The position numbers were made by a program, and so were the translations under genes. Shown here piece after piece: positions 37,901 through 54,100 of a stretch of 64,000 bases of DNA. Where the stretch lies: contig CM022668.1 in assembly GCA_012295275.1 (NCBI GenBank), forward strand, positions 1,116,001 through 1,180,000. The letters run 5' to 3'. The notes under the pieces were generated by a model, which saw only the letters and a program-made list of their open reading frames with translations, was not told the DNA's origin and did no database searches. Origin of the DNA: Chrysomallon squamiferum (lineage: Eukaryota > Animalia > Mollusca). Each line of letters opens with the position of its first letter. Positions within the stretch are counted from its first letter, which is position 1.

Positions 37901-40065
37901 TTTATTTTTTTTAAATGTCTATGGATAACATGATGTATCAGTAAAAGAGTCAGCTTTCTTGCAGTATCATAAACTTGTTAATCAACTGACTGATTTTATT
38001 CAGTAAACAAAGTAAAAAGCTATGTTGACTATTTACAATTTAACAGATGTTGTTTCATGACAACAGTTGATCATACCTGCATACTCTGACTGACAGGACA
38101 GTAGTAACCAGCCGAACATGGCTCTGACACAGTTGAATTGGCAGGACAAATGCGTCCAGCAGGACATGGCTGACATTCACTGACGTCACTGGCCCCTTCC
38201 TTGTCAATAAACTTCAGGTTGGGACAGGTTTTGGGTGTGGTTGTTCCTACAGAGAACAGTCAACAGTTTTATTTCCTTTACACATATGAACAAAATATTT
38301 TATGGACAAAACATTAAAATAATCTTTAACAAAGAATGACTAAAATTTTTTTTATAATATACTGTTAATTTATTAAAAGCTGACTTTACCTTCAGGGCAG
38401 TAGTATCCATATGGACAAGGTCCACCATCTGGTCTAAGGGATGCATCTGGGTTGGGTACAGATATGCCTGTCTTACACAGGTAACCTGCTGAACAGTCCC
38501 CTGCTGCTATACCACCTGTACAGTATTTACCTGTTAGCAAAACAAAGAGTATTTTACCTGAGTAAACAAAGACATTAGAAGTGATTAGAAATATTTATCA
38601 GTTATTCACTATTAAAAATGTTTACCAGCTGGGCACTGTTAGAAATATTTACCAGTTGGACACTGAGCACACTGAGATGCTTTTCCCAATCCGGTTGTAG
38701 TATCTTCTGTGTATGTTCCATTAGGACAGAGGATAGCAGCTGTTGTGTTAGCTGGACAGTAGGAAAATGGTGGACAGGGCTGAGGAACACTGGTGTTTCC
38801 TGAACAAAGATTTCCTTCAGGACATGGCAGACAACCGCTTTCTCCTGGATTAGGCTGGTAGGAGCCTGGAAATAAAGATATTAAGAAATTTCTATTAAAA
38901 TGTAATTTTATAATTATTAAAAAAAAACAACTAGTTAAACATTAAAAATATTACTTTCATTATGCATATAGAACCAGAAATAAAATAGGGATGTTGAAAA
39001 AATGTGTGAACCAATAATGTTCATTCAGTGGGAATATGAATTAGATATCAAAAATTAAATTATTATAATTATTTTTTTTTTTTTGATTGATGAATTTCAA
39101 ACTTTGATACAAGAATTATATAAATGAAAAGAAATGTGAACTGTAATTCTAACATTTTTATAACCAGTCATTAATAATATTACAAAGTCAGCAGTGGTTC
39201 TATTCAAATAATAAATCATTTTTTATTGAACAAACTATTACCTGGAGGACATCCAATAGGAATTCCAGTTTTGGGAGGACACTTGAAGCCAGGAGGACAG
39301 GCAAAGTTTGAAGGAGCACTGACACTGATGTTTGCATAGTCAGGACAGTAGTAACGTTCTGAACAGTCTCCGCTGGCAACAAGAAGTCCTTCTGAGCCAC
39401 AGAACTGACCCGGAGCACATGGCCAGCAGTCAGACACAGATTTGCCTCCTGTCTGGTTTCTTGCAGTCCCTCGAGGACATTTTGTAGGTGAAACAGTACC
39501 TGAAGTTCACAATAATTAATGATTTTCGTTTGTTCATTTTTTTTTTATATGTAACAATTAACAGGCCTTACTCTCATAATAATTCAGTGTAGAATGAAAA
39601 TGTCAGCATCTTTCAAGCTTCTGTATTTTTTATTTTTAATTGTGACTGTGTTTTAGTAACTGTTAATGTCTTGGACACTAATATTAATCATTTATAATTT
39701 TGATTCTGCAAGTATCGAGTTAGATGGTAATCAAAGGTGAACTCCTAATTTGTTCTTACCTTCTTCACAGTAATGACCAGCAGGACACGGTCCATTGTTT
39801 GCATCATCTGGAGCAGGGTGTGATGCATTGGACACACACAGGTATCCAGCGTGACACAGACCACTTGGACTGGCCAGGCCTGTCCCATTACAAAATTTGC
39901 CTGGGGGACAGGCTACACATTGATCTATAGTACTCAGACCCTCATGTGGGTTGTAGGAACCTGTTTGAAAATATACTCATTTTAAATATATTCTTAAAAG
40001 CCTTTTGGGGTTTAGTTTTTATTTTAGATCCTTTCTTGTATTAACTAAATTTAATTTTAAACATA

Positions 40066-40105
<40 letters not shown>

Positions 40106-43100
40106 TTAAATCTGTTAGACCAAAGCAGTGGAAACATAAAGACTTTAAATACTGTAAATTATTAATTCTATGAGTGACTTTAAATAACAAATATAGTTAC
40201 CAAGACGACAGGGTATTCCATCATTGACTGTTCCATTTAGACAATAGTGGCCAGCTGGACATGGGAGTGTGTTGTTCATCCCTTGTATTGGACACATCTG
40301 ACCAGCAGGACAGGTCAGACATTGACCTTCAGAGAGAAAAAACATTTTTCATAATCAATCATGAATTACACCAGCAGGACACATTTGTTTCTCTGATGTA
40401 GGCATACATCTGTCTGTCTGTCTGTCTATCTGTCCATCCATCTATTTATCTATATATTTATCTATCTGTCTGTCTGTCTATCTGTTCATCCATCCATCCA
40501 TCCATCCATCTATTTATGTATCTAGTTATCATATCTATCTATATCTATCTGTCTTTCTGTCTATATTTATCTATCTAGATCTCTGTCTGTTTATAAATTA
40601 AAATATTTTTCAGATACTTAATCAAAATATCACTGCTTTCTTTATCTTCTGTCCTTAGTTAATAACTCAAGTTTATGAACCATTTGTCCATGAAGCAGAA
40701 GAACAAGTACTGGCTTGTTATAATTTCTATATTTATTTGTTAATGAACTCTGTTTCTGATAAAATAAAAAAACAAAAAAGAAAACATTCTGAATCATGTA
40801 TTCTCACCAAGACCAACTCTTGGAGCATAGGTTCCTTTCTCACACTTAGCTTCAGTAACTGCTCCTGTTAGACAGTAATGTCCAGGAGGGCAAATATATC
40901 CCATGATTCCATCTGCAGGTGTTCCAGTATTAGATCCTTTCAGGCATATATATCCAGCTTCACAGGGTAAACTAATGCCTACAATAAACATCATATTCAA
41001 TAAAAATACTGAAAATTCCTCATAAACATTTAAATGGACTCTTTAATTTAATCTTTTTCCTCCTTTATAATAACTGTTTGGAGCAAACATTTCATGTCTT
41101 CTTTTTTAACTCTTGTTGCTCCATTTAAACAATTGACAAAACAAATTTACCATTCATTGAACTGTTTGGTGTACAGTATCGGCCTGGGTTGCATGGTTCA
41201 CAATCTGTGAGGTTAGTGTTGCCCTCACTGGTTGCCATGGTACCAGCTGGACATGGAACAGGTTTGTAGCTTCCCTCTGGGCAGTAATTTCCAATTGGAC
41301 AGACTGAACTAGTTGGATTAGGCTCCACAGTTCCTGAGTCACAGTAATATCTGAAAATATAGACGTTGCAGCTCAGCTCCAGTTTGGAACATTACAAAAT
41401 AAAGTATTATCTGGAATGATGATAAATAATTCAAATTTGAAAACTGAAATTTGAAAATTGTACAAATTAATATAACTTGTGTATTTCTGTCACATTGTTC
41501 ATGAATAAAAATCAACAAAACAAAATAAGGATATATTAAATTAATTTACAACAAATGTTGGTTTTTAAAAAGTACTCTAGCAATATTATTATGATTGGTT
41601 TTGGACCAGTTATTCATCTAAAGAAATTTGTCATGTAATGAAAATACAGATTCTAAGATTATTAACTTTTTAAGCTTTTCACAAAAGGTAATTTTAAATA
41701 TTGTGTCTTTATACTTTTTTAATATTCTGATCATGACATGAAATTTATAAAATATTTTATTTGCAATGAAAGCCAGTACAGAAATATTAATACCCTGCAT
41801 AGCAAAGTCCTTCAGGCTGTGGCAAGCCTGTGCTCTTACAGTAGTAACCAGGAGGGCAGATCTGACATTCTGTGACGTTGATGCGATGGGTTTGGTTATT
41901 GAATGTTCCAGATGGACAAGGGTACTGGTTGGCTCGTTCAGTCAGTGGTGGACAGTAGTAGCCACTGGGACAGGCAGCATTACTCAGATTTCCAACAGCA
42001 GCAAGGTTGTTGTCACAGAAATAGCCTGAAAAATATAATCTTATATTAGCATATACAGAAATAGCCTAACAAATATATTTATTCTTATATGAATATCATA
42101 ATTAACAGTACACATATCTAATTAACAACAACAGTATTGTAATAAATATTGTTTAAAGAATTATTTTTCCTTCTTTTTTAATTTAATTTTTTTAAATTTT
42201 AATTAATTTATTTAACATATTTTAATTTTTTTTTAAGATCACTGAAATAATGCACCTGGCAATATATCATTCCTGCATTCACTTCTTGCAATAAGCCTCA
42301 GTATCAATAAATCAGAAATGCAAAAATCTTTCATTCAACAGCCTATATTTATTGATTTATCAATATAAATTACATACTTAGATCTTCAAGTAATAATTAA
42401 AGCTAATAGAGAAATCTTTGTTTTTATATAAATCTAATTTAATATGTGAACCTTCGGGGCAAGGCTTGCACTCAAACTGTCCTTTTTCATTCTGGTAGTA
42501 CCCTGGGGCACATCGCACAGGTGTGGCAGAACCTAGTGGACAGTAATGACCTTCAGGACACAGGTAGGTCACTGGGGCTGGAGTCGTCTGCTCTGATGGA
42601 CAGTAATAACCTGAAACATACAAATTCATATTTTATACCTAGAAGTAACAGAAAACAAAATAATCATTATTATAATTTATAATTAAAAAACAAAAGGGCA
42701 AAATTTTTACAAAAAGCATTAACTAAAAATTAATATGTGTAAAAAAAACAACACACATATAGAGAGGTTAAAACAAACAATAAAACAATGAAATGAAAAT
42801 AATAAACAACTGGAAAATTAACCTAAAAAACCCCAGCAACAACAAAAATTAAAATAGATAAAAAAGAATCAAACAAAATAGCAGCAAAATGAATATACTT
42901 GCATACTGAATGCAGAAGTTATTCTTACTTTGAATGATATGATATATTTAGTCTTACCTCTGTCACACTGTGCTGTTACTGCACTCAGACCAGTACCATT
43001 ACAGTAGTACCCCCCATCACAGGGGGTACACTCGCCCTGGGACCTCAGTCTCTTTGTTGGACCGTACGTTCCGTTTCGACATGGATCAGGAATGTCAGTG

Positions 43101-46100
43101 CCCAGCATACAGTAGTGACCGATGTAACACTCTCTCTGAGTTGCTGACGTGGAACCCAGGGGGCAGTAATAACTGAAAGAGAAATATATATACAGTTTTT
43201 AAATTGCTTTAATGTAGAAATATCAAATCATGACTGTTTAATTCCAAAACAACAACACACCAATAATAATAAATCAAACAAAAGGGCAGGAAATATCACA
43301 TGAACATTTTTTTAAATTATCGTTTTATGAAATGAGCCATTTTGTTATTTACTTTTTACAAAGTTTTAATTTCCATATTAAAAAATATCTAATGTGTGTG
43401 AGAGTTATCAGGTAAATATCATTAATAGTGGAGTACTTACCCTTCATTACAGTCTCCTGTAGGTGTGGACAGTCCTCTAGTCTGACAGTATTTCCCTGGA
43501 GTACATTTTGTCATAGCTGATGAACCCACTGGACAGAAATATCCAGCCTCGCAGATTCCTCCATTAGTTGTTGGCTGCAAAAAGAATTGGTTTTATTCAA
43601 CAATTTAACAATAAATAAATCTGTTCCGTTTTTGAATGTTTTTCATACCACTTACATCAGTAAATTAATTTGCAAATTTAAACACTGTATTCATCTTTTC
43701 ATAAAGATGCAGCCATTGTCTTTGATAAACTAGCTGCAGGACGCTGACTTGGACTACTAAAGGAATCCTCTGTACTTTGGGTCAGACTCTATCCACTTGT
43801 TATATATATATTGATTGAGTTATACATTTGGTTAATTCTTTTTATCTTGTTTGTTTTAATCCAAACAGTTTGAGATTAAGAAATATAAATAATATCAAAA
43901 CCTTATTACCAAATTAAAATGAAGTTGTCTATACTGAAATGATAAAAAGTCTACAACAATATTTGTCATTGTGATAAAAAGAAATGTGATACCTGATATT
44001 GTGATGACCCATTCACACAGAACCAGCCACCAGAGCAATCTCCAGTAGGGTACGAGTTCCCATCACCCTGACAGTACATGCCTGGAGTACATGGGACACA
44101 GGACTCAGAGGTGTGTTGTCCTGTTAAATTGTTGAATGTTCCTGGTGGACAAGGGAACTGGAAGGCTTCAGTTGTGTTGTCTCCGCAGTAGTAACCAGAT
44201 GGACATACATTAACAGAAAAGTCAGTTGTATTGGCTAAGCAGAAATATCCAGCTGGACAGGCTTTACATGATTTCTGATTGGTTAGATCTTGGTAAGTTC
44301 CAGAAGGGCAGCCAATGGGGAAGTCCGTTCCTTCAGGACAGTAATGCCCAGCAGGACATATATGGCCTATGATTGGATGAACTGTTGAAACAGGACACTG
44401 ACTTTCGTTTAGCATTACTGGATTATTTCTGTCTACTCCTGAGCTGCAGTAATAACCTGCCTTGCAAATACCAGATGGAGCAGTTAAATTGGTGCCTAAA
44501 AATTAAAGAAAAAGACTGTAAATGACCTGGTTCTCAGAAAACTTATTTATTCATGATAGTGTGCAATAAAGTGCTTATGAAACTGTCATTTCAATTTCAA
44601 CTGCAGTGAAAAAAATGTGAGTGCTCTATAAGAACAAAACTAATTCATACTTTCACACATTATATAGGTATTGATTATTATTCTTTTGGTGAACTGAAAC
44701 GTTTAAAAGTAAATACCTTGACAATACTGTCCTGCAGTGCATGGTGTACAGTCTGCATCCTTGCCTAAACCAGTGACATTGCTGTATGTCCCAGCAGGAC
44801 ATGGCTGCCAGTCATGTCCAGTGCCATTGGGACAGAAGAATCCTTGAGGACAGGGATGTTTAGATGATGATGCATCTCCAGAGATGGTCAGTTCAGGGAT
44901 GCAGTAATAACCTGTTGACAAAGAGAACAAGTAAAATAAATTAACTAATGAATGCTTGTTAATATGCTTAGAGCTAGCTGTATGACACAAGAAAGGACAC
45001 CTAGTACTAAAAATCTATTTTTGTCAATTAGCAGCAATATTTTTATAAGTGTGTCTGAGTCCTATAATTTCACAGTAATCAAAAGGAAACTATCAGAGGC
45101 AATATATTTAATTTTTATTACTTTATACCTGGCTATGCTATTCTTCAAAATTATGACTGAAGAGAGAAAGAAAAGAATACAAATACTGAAAAAATATAAC
45201 TGAATACTCCAGCAAAGTACACCATCTAACCTGCTGGACAAGACAAACATTCTGATGCTCCATCAAAATCAACATAAAAGCCTGCAGGACAGTCTTGAGG
45301 TGTAGCGCTACCTAGTGGACAATGTTTGGAAGCTGGGCAGATAATCTGAATTTCAGCACTTGATCCCTCTGGACAGTAATAACCTGTAAGTAAAATAAAC
45401 AACAATGTGTATAAGTTAATTACATATCACCATTAAATAGACTAGGCTGTTGGGTAAGACTGATAATCAATATCCATGTTGTATACAATTTAAAGAGCGA
45501 TAAAAACAATCTAACTATCACAAGTAAGAATGACAGTAAATTACAAAATACTGAGTTCAGAATAATACATATATACCTCTGTATTGACATAGATTTACCT
45601 TTTTTGCAAGGCCCCGACACTGTGGGTAAACCATAACCATTGCAGTAGTAGCCAGCCAAACATGGAGTACATTCAGAGGCTTGTGCCAGTCCTGTCTGGT
45701 TGGAGAATGTTCCATTTGGACACTGACTTGGAAACTGAGTGCCAACCTCACAGAAATGACCTTCAGGACAAAGGACTTCTTTAGATGTCTTTGACCCTGA
45801 AGGGCAGTAATAGCTGGCTTCACACTGGCCTGATGGACTAGAGAGACCTGGGCAAATACAATAATTAAAAATATATATTATTTTAAATCTATTATTATTT
45901 ATCTCATCAACTGTTGTCTTTATTCACAAGCATTGTTAAATATTTTGTTGTATTTCTGATAATCTATGTGTTCACTGAGAAATCTATTATTTTTTACAGG
46001 TCACAAGATCAATTTTCTCTAGTGTCCCCTATGTTCTGTTATCAGTATTGTCTTAATATTTGATTTACTGACTAGTAAAGGTACAAACAAAAGATCCTTC

Positions 46101-47131
46101 ATACTAAGTGACAGCATGTTTCTGTGAGTTATCATAACAAAAAACATGTATTTTAACAGTAAAAACTGACAACTGAATATATAAATGTTTTCATTAATTA
46201 ACTGTGAACAATAAGAATAACCTGTAGACTGGCAGTATGAACCTCCAGTACAGTTGAGACACTGATCCTGTCGTACGATTCCAGGTGTGGGATTGTACGT
46301 CCCCTGAGGGCAGGGCAGAGGTGATGATGTCTGCTGAGGGCAGTAACTGCCTGCTGGACAAATTCCTGCTATTAAACCTTGATTTGGTGTGGTTGATGTT
46401 GCCCCTTCTTTACAGAAATAACCTTCGGAGCAAGGCCTGATGGGATAGGAAAGACCTTTAACATCACATGCCATTCCTCCAGCACAGGAAGAACACTGAC
46501 TTTCCATGGACAGACCTGAAACAATAATAATGATAATGATGATAGTGCTGATGATGGTGTTGATGATTATCATCATCTTTGTCATTGTTATCATCATCAT
46601 TATAATTTCAGTTTTCTAAACAGCCATACATTTAAAAAGATCATCAATAATTATTTGTACTGAAATGAGAAATTTGATATTTGGATACTGATTCAGAGAG
46701 TGGACAACAGAATGCTGAATACTCAGATTATTACAGAAGTCTTTGAAAACATACTTTGAGAATCAAATAGTAAAATAACAAAAGTGAGATGATTCTATTC
46801 CATGCTATCTGTGAGAATAAGGAAAGTTAACATACCAGTACGGTTGTTGTATGTACCAAGAGGACAGGGGTACTGTTCAGCAAACTCTGTACCATTAGGA
46901 CAGTAGTACCCTTCAATACAGATGTAGCTGCTGTAGGACACGACTGGACCAAATGTGGCATTGCAGTAATAACCAGCAGGACAAACCTTGCAGTCTGTCT
47001 GCCCGGGCATGTTCTGTAGTAGATAAAATTATTTCAGTTGTTAGAGTGGTATTACAATATCAGTATGTTTACTTGTACTCTCCTGTCTCTATCTCTCATT
47101 CACACACACAGACACACACTGAGATATACAC

Positions 47132-47188
<57 letters not shown>

Positions 47189-48087
47189 TTATATGTATAT
47201 GAGTGTGTATATCAGTAACATGTTAATAAAAATCATTCTGTAAATCTTTATCCAGTTTTTATAAATATTTCATGGTAAGTTTTCTTTTTAATGTATATAA
47301 AACTAAAAAAAACTATAAACTAGTTTTGCTGATATTAAAATTCTGCTGATGGACTATAAAACACACTAACCTGGTAGCTTCCTGAGCTGCATGCTTCTGG
47401 TGCCTCCTTACCTCCAACACAGAAGTACCCCTCAGGACAGGTATGGTTTGCAGGGGTGGCACTTACTGATCCTTGTGGGCAGTAGTAACCAGGACTACAG
47501 TCACCAGATGGCAGTGGAAGTCCTTCTGAGCCACAATATTTTCCTGAATTACAGTACATGAAAACTCAATAAACTGGATATAATTTACCTGTGTACAGTT
47601 CACATGTTAAGTACAAACTGCATTCATTACATTACTTCGTGTTATTCCAATAAAAAGGTGAAATAAAAATTTACAACAATAAAATCAATGTTTAGAGTGT
47701 TTTCTGACTGACAAAATAATAATACTATTTACAACAGCATACATTTGTATAAAATTATAATTTTTTTTTTCTTACAAACATAATACATCATAATATACAT
47801 AAAATATACTTTATATGTTACATTTCAAATTAAAACCAAACTCAACCTGGTGTACAAATCTTGCAGGCTGATTGGTCACTGCTTTTTTCTGAGTCCAAGT
47901 AGTAGCCAGCTGGACATGGTGTGCGGTAAGTACTTCCCTCAGGACAATAGTAACCCTGGGGACACTTGTCTCCTGTGATTCCATCCTCTGGGTCAGGGAT
48001 AGTTGCACCCAGTATACAGTAGTAGCCTAGAATGTGTTTTATTTGACAAAGTTATAACACAATATAATATGCAATATCTGTATGTAT

Positions 48088-48135
<48 letters not shown>

Positions 48136-51100
48136 TTTAGCAATCATGCACATACGAGCATGAATTGATTACTTTATTTTATTAAAATTCACTTCTTTAC
48201 ATAATGTACACAGAGATCTTCAAATCAATATAAATCTTTGTTCCTTCATTTATTCTCTTCCTTTGTTTACAATGCTTGATATTTATATGTAAATATGTTT
48301 ATATAAAACAGATTGGGTACAATACCGCTTGAACAATTTCCTACAGGAGCAGAAAGTCTTTCTCTTTTGCAGTATTTTCCACCATCGCAGTATGTGAAAT
48401 TGGCACTTCCTGCAGGGCAGTACTGACCGCGCTCACACTTGCCTCCCAATGATGTGTCAGACGGCATTGGGGTGTAGGAGCTGCCGATGCAGTACCAGCC
48501 AGCACTGGAAGAAAAAACTTTAGTTATTTAATTTTATTTTGTTAAATTATTCAATGATAGAAAAAAATTGAAAATGTAAAATTAGCTCTATTTTCATTTA
48601 TAGTTAAAACAGCAAATTAAAATTTAAAAAAAAGTATGAAACACAAAAAAACTGACAGTTTAAATAAAAGAGTTGTCTCCCTTCTATGACATTTCACTAA
48701 TCCTTTACCTGCATGTTCCAGTGACTGCTGACAACCCTGGAGCATTGCAGTACATTCCAGGAGTACAGGGCAAACACGCCGTCTCATTGGTGGCTTTCTG
48801 TGAGGGGTTAAATGTTCCTATGTTACATCTGAACTGATCCAAGCGGCTAGTTCCTGCTGGACAGTATGAACCTGCTGGACATGGTTTGTCTGAATAGTCA
48901 GTGGAATTACTTGGACAATAGTAACCTGAAATAATAACAACTCATTTATAACAGAATTATGTAAAGAAGTAATATGGAATAATTAAATTTCATTTCAAAT
49001 ACAGAAAGCAAATTATATGATAAATTATAGTTAACTTTATGAATAAATAATTAAGATCAACACAGTTTTCTGATGATATAATACATGACATAAGCCTCCA
49101 CATATCCTGCTCTAATAGTTAGTAGCTGGAAGACATTCACCTTTCTATAGACAGAAACCAGTTAGTTTTATTTTAGCTAGTCTAGAGACAGCAATTAAGA
49201 GTCAGTAAGTACAGAGGATTGATCCAGTTACCTGCCACACATTGTTTACATGTGCCCTGTCCTTCTTGGTCCTGGTACTGACCATCAGAACACGTGATTG
49301 GGTCAGAACTGCCTGCTGGACACATGGAACCTCGTGGACAAATATCACCTTTACCTGAAATAATATTTTGTCCAATCGAATAAGAAATATAAGTATTCAT
49401 ATTATCTTGTTAAATTTGTAGAGATATAAGTAGAAACAGAGATAAACAGACAGCCTGCAAACATACAGAATGAAGGAAAATAAAACTTAATTATTAAATC
49501 AGTGCTAAAACTGAAAAAGCTTAAATGCTATTTTTGCAAGAATAAACTAGGTAGATCAAAATGAAGAAAAGAAATAAAATCTTAAAACTGCAGGAAATAA
49601 AAAAAGCAATCTGCCTACCTGTGTGACCTTCTAGAAGTGTACAGTTTGCTGAATAGGAACTGTTAACAGCTGAACTGTCTGGATTTGGCCGGTCAATGCC
49701 AGAGTGACAGTAATACCCTGCCCAGCAAAGCCCTGTCACATTAGTGGCACCCTCAACAGAGCAGTAATATCCACCATCACACTGTGTACAGTCCTCAACC
49801 TTCACAAGCAAAACATTATATCAGCAGGTTTCATTTAACATGTTAATATTTAAATAAATAAATGAATATAAATGAATATGTTTGATAACAATACATGTTT
49901 CTAGATACATCATATTCACATCATTACAAAAAGAGATTTGTGACTGTCAGAAAATATATCAGTTATTTGTTGAGTAACAAATAATGTTGTAGTAAGAAAA
50001 CAGACAATCACACTTCAGTGTTTAACTACAGCTTTTACCTCTAAGTGAAGGAAATTTTATTCTCTGAATTAAACTATTAAAATAAATTATTTGTGTAAAA
50101 ACAAAGCACAACTTTTTAATTTGTTTTTGTCATTTTATACTGATGTAATGTCACTTGAAAACAAAAGATTTAAAAAATCAGTTTTACCATCTTCATATTT
50201 GTCTTTGGATTGTATGTTCCTTTTGGACACAGTTTCCAGTCCATTCCTGTTCCTTCAGGACAGTAGTATCCTGCTGGACAGTTGAAGTAGCCAGATTTAG
50301 GACTACCAGCAGTTACATTCTCAGGAACACAGTAAAATCTGGAAACAATTAACAACAAATATGAATTATAAATAGGAAAGGAAATCTTTAATGCATTAAA
50401 ACTGAAGATATTTAAATGTATTGATTCCTTTAGTCCTCATTCCATTTAAATTAAAAAAAAGAAATTTACTTGTACATTTTTTTGAGATATAACATCAATT
50501 TTAACTTACACATTGGACTAATGATAAGGGGACATTCTTTTTGTTCATATTTGTTTGCTGTTTTCAGATGTTAACAAACTCACCCTGCAGGACAGATATC
50601 ACACTGCCACATTCCAGTTCTGTTGGTGAAGTAGCCAGAAGCACATAACCTTGGTTGGTCAGATCCTTCTGGACACTGCAAACCAACTGGACAAATGATT
50701 GCCATGGCGGTTGTTGAACCTTAAAAAAATCCAGTATTTTCATTAGACAGATGATCACTTACCAATGATTTTGAAGTTATGAGTACATTAGTGATAATTC
50801 TTTTCTGAATCTCATAATCAAAATTAAGAGTAATGAACAAATCAATATTTTAAAATGCTTAGAAATTCTTTTAATTTACCTGTGGGGCAGTAATAACCCT
50901 GAGTACAAAGCCCCTCCTCTGAAGTCAACCCACTAGCTTGACAGTAATAACCAGCAGTACATTCCGTACAGTTATCTACAGATGGCAGACGTGTGGTGTT
51001 AGAAAATGTTCCTGCTGGACACTTGTTTGGTGTGTGCGTTCCTGTAAAATAATCTCAATCATCATTCAGATAGAAAATGTTATTAGCCATGATGTTCATG

Positions 51101-54100
51101 TGCATCATTGATGTTAGCAACATGTACTTCAAAGTGACTGGTTTAATTAGTGTATGCAAATCATTGCCAGTGGTAAAATTTGGTAACAAAATATAAGGTT
51201 CATTTAATAATACATATGTCACTTTTAAATCTTGCCAATAAATTATAAAAGAATCACAGAATTTTGGAACTATAACTAAGTTTATTTTTGTAAGTTATGT
51301 TTAAGAAACAAAACAAAACAAAAATGTTAAAATTTTCATAGAGATGTTGCAAATTACCTTCAGGACAGTATCTTCCAGCAGGACAAATTTCTGGGGCTGG
51401 GTTGCTTGAACCTTCAATACAGAAGAATCCGGCCGAACATTTTCCTGATGGTTCTATCATGGCTTGGTCTTCACAGTACCATCCTGTGTGATAAAGTTAG
51501 ATTACAAAGTCCATGCTACACTCACCTGACAATCATTTTTTTTAACAGCCTAAATAAAAACTTGTCACATTTTGTAACAGCAATTCCTACATGTCAAGTT
51601 CTTGTTATTAACTCTTTTGAAGATGAGTTTTGAATTCTTTAATTTAGTATTAAATTTCTGATTTAACTAATGATTAATATCTATAACTTTTTATATGTAC
51701 CTTCTCGCATAAGAAATTGTATAATTTTTGACAAATGCCTTAATTCATCTGAATGGTATATAAGAAATAAATAGATTAAAATTTTCATAATTACCTTTTG
51801 TACAAGGGGTGCAGTCTGTATAGTTCATCAGTTTTGTCTTATTAGAGTATGTCCCTGCTGGACATTTGATTGGTTCTGTGGTTTGCTCTGGACAGAAGTG
51901 ACCAACTGGACATATGTCAGCAGCTAGACCTTGGCTTGGTGCAGCTGTTGTTGCACCAGATCGACAGAAGTAGCCAGCAGCGCAGGGCAGATACGGGATC
52001 TCAGTTCCAGCCGCACAGTAATATCCTCCTGTGAAAGTAGCAGAATTATTTCAAACATGAAATTATGAAAATAAACTCATTTCATCTTCTGACTGTCAAC
52101 AGATCATAACTAAATTTTATGATCTTATATTGAGTTTTAAATACATATACAAAAATATGTATAAAAAGATAAAAGATTATATTGCTGCAAATAAAGAAAT
52201 TCTGTGATCAAAATCACAGTAATTACTGACACAGGCAATCTCTAAAACTGAAGTAAAATTCTTCTCATCTCTAAATTAAAACCATGTAAAAAGTCTTGTG
52301 CATGAATGATAAAAAGCTAAAAGTGGTCTACAGTGTGGGCAGACTCACCGAGGCATGGCTGGCAGTCAGAGTCTGACTCCAGTCCTGTCATGTTGTTGTA
52401 CGTTCCACTTGGACACGGATACTGTGTGTCAATTTTACTTCCATTTGGACAGAAGTGACCTGTAAAGATATTTCTATTTGTTATATGTCTGCATACAGTG
52501 ATACCAAATCAATTATTTTAAATGATGATGTTAAAAAACATAATTTAAAAGTAATTCTTTTTAACATTAACATATCAATGATTTGTTTGATTATATATAG
52601 AATAAAAAATTATCATAGTCACTGCATCAGCTACAGACTTTAACATGTTCCTTCCCACATATAAAACACAGCCCAAATGCTAAATGTTTCAAGATATTTT
52701 ATTAAATGTGAAAAAAGAATTTAACTTGTATTTAAAATATAACTGCACTGTAATGATTAAAATTACTGAATGTTTACTTACCTTCTGGACATGAATATAC
52801 TGTGTAGTTAGTGATAGGTCCATTAGAATTATCACAGTAAAATCCTGCTGGACATTCCTTACATTCCCACTGGCCAATCAGGTCTTGGTAGGAACCTGAT
52901 GGACAAAGCTGGCTGTCACTAGATCCAGTTGGACAGTAATATCCTGCTGGACATTCATAGTTACTTGGATCATCAACTGTTTGACCCTCTGGACAGTAGT
53001 AACCTAACCAAATAATTTTAGTAGAAGTTTGAGAAAATGCAGAAAAGTAATAAAGTTTTTAATTTGACTAATAAACAAAACATCTGTATATTCATGGTTT
53101 ATACTCTGACAAATCTCTTTATTAATAAATTTAACTAAAATTTATTATTCTATTTCTTTATTATAATTTGTTTGTATCTGCATACCACAGGACATAACAG
53201 AACAAAATACATAGACACAAGACACATTTATACATACAGATGTCAAACAAAATTTATTAAAAGCAGTTATTTAAACAATGAAAATGTACCCTTCTGACAA
53301 TCTCCACTAGGACCAGACAGTCCACTTTGATTGCAGTATTTTCCAGCTGTACATTTGATACACCAGGTTGAATTCTGTGCCCCCAGGCTGGGCTGGTAAT
53401 AGCCTGGTTCACATGGTACTGGTGACCCTGTGCCAGCCACACAGTAATGTCCTTTTGGACATCGGTCTCCTGAAACATTATAAACGATACAGCTATTTCA
53501 AAACAGAATGAGACAAGTATTGTTGCTGAGATTAATGAAAGTGCACTACACTGCATGAAGTGACACAAATGGGAATCATTAATGCTGAATATTATTAGCA
53601 TATGATGCAAAGAAAAAACCCATTTCTAAACCATTTATAAGTTGTTTTCTCTCTCTCTGAAAGTTAAATAAGCAGGTAATTACAAACCTCCTATCCCTGT
53701 TGGCCTGTCAGTGGTTGAGTTGGCATCACAGTAGTATCCAGCCATGCAGTCTGCCGCTGGTGCAGACATGCCATCAGCATCACAGAACTTCCCAGCATCA
53801 CAGCCCCTGGGCTCTGAGCTTCCTGCAGGGCAGTATGTACCTGTATACAGAGACAATTAATAAAAAAAAACACTGGTGACTTAATATCATGGTAACATAT
53901 GTATTTAATCACTATTTAATATCCACTGAATAAAATTTCTTACTAAATGTTTCCTTAATGTTAATTATCTTGAGTAATTAAGTAGTAGAAACCTATTTTT
54001 TAAAACAGTTCTGAAGGTTATTTTGTGTTAAACAAGATATTAAAACATGTTAATATAACTCTTGGTCAATTGTATGTGTACTCTGCTGAAATAAAGCAAA

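Noticed and set aside
47583-47605. Donor-like sequence (TGTACACAG|gtaaat on the minus strand) resembling the end of exon 47847-48026
   Set aside because: No matching acceptor or open mini-exon, and too short to separate from chance.
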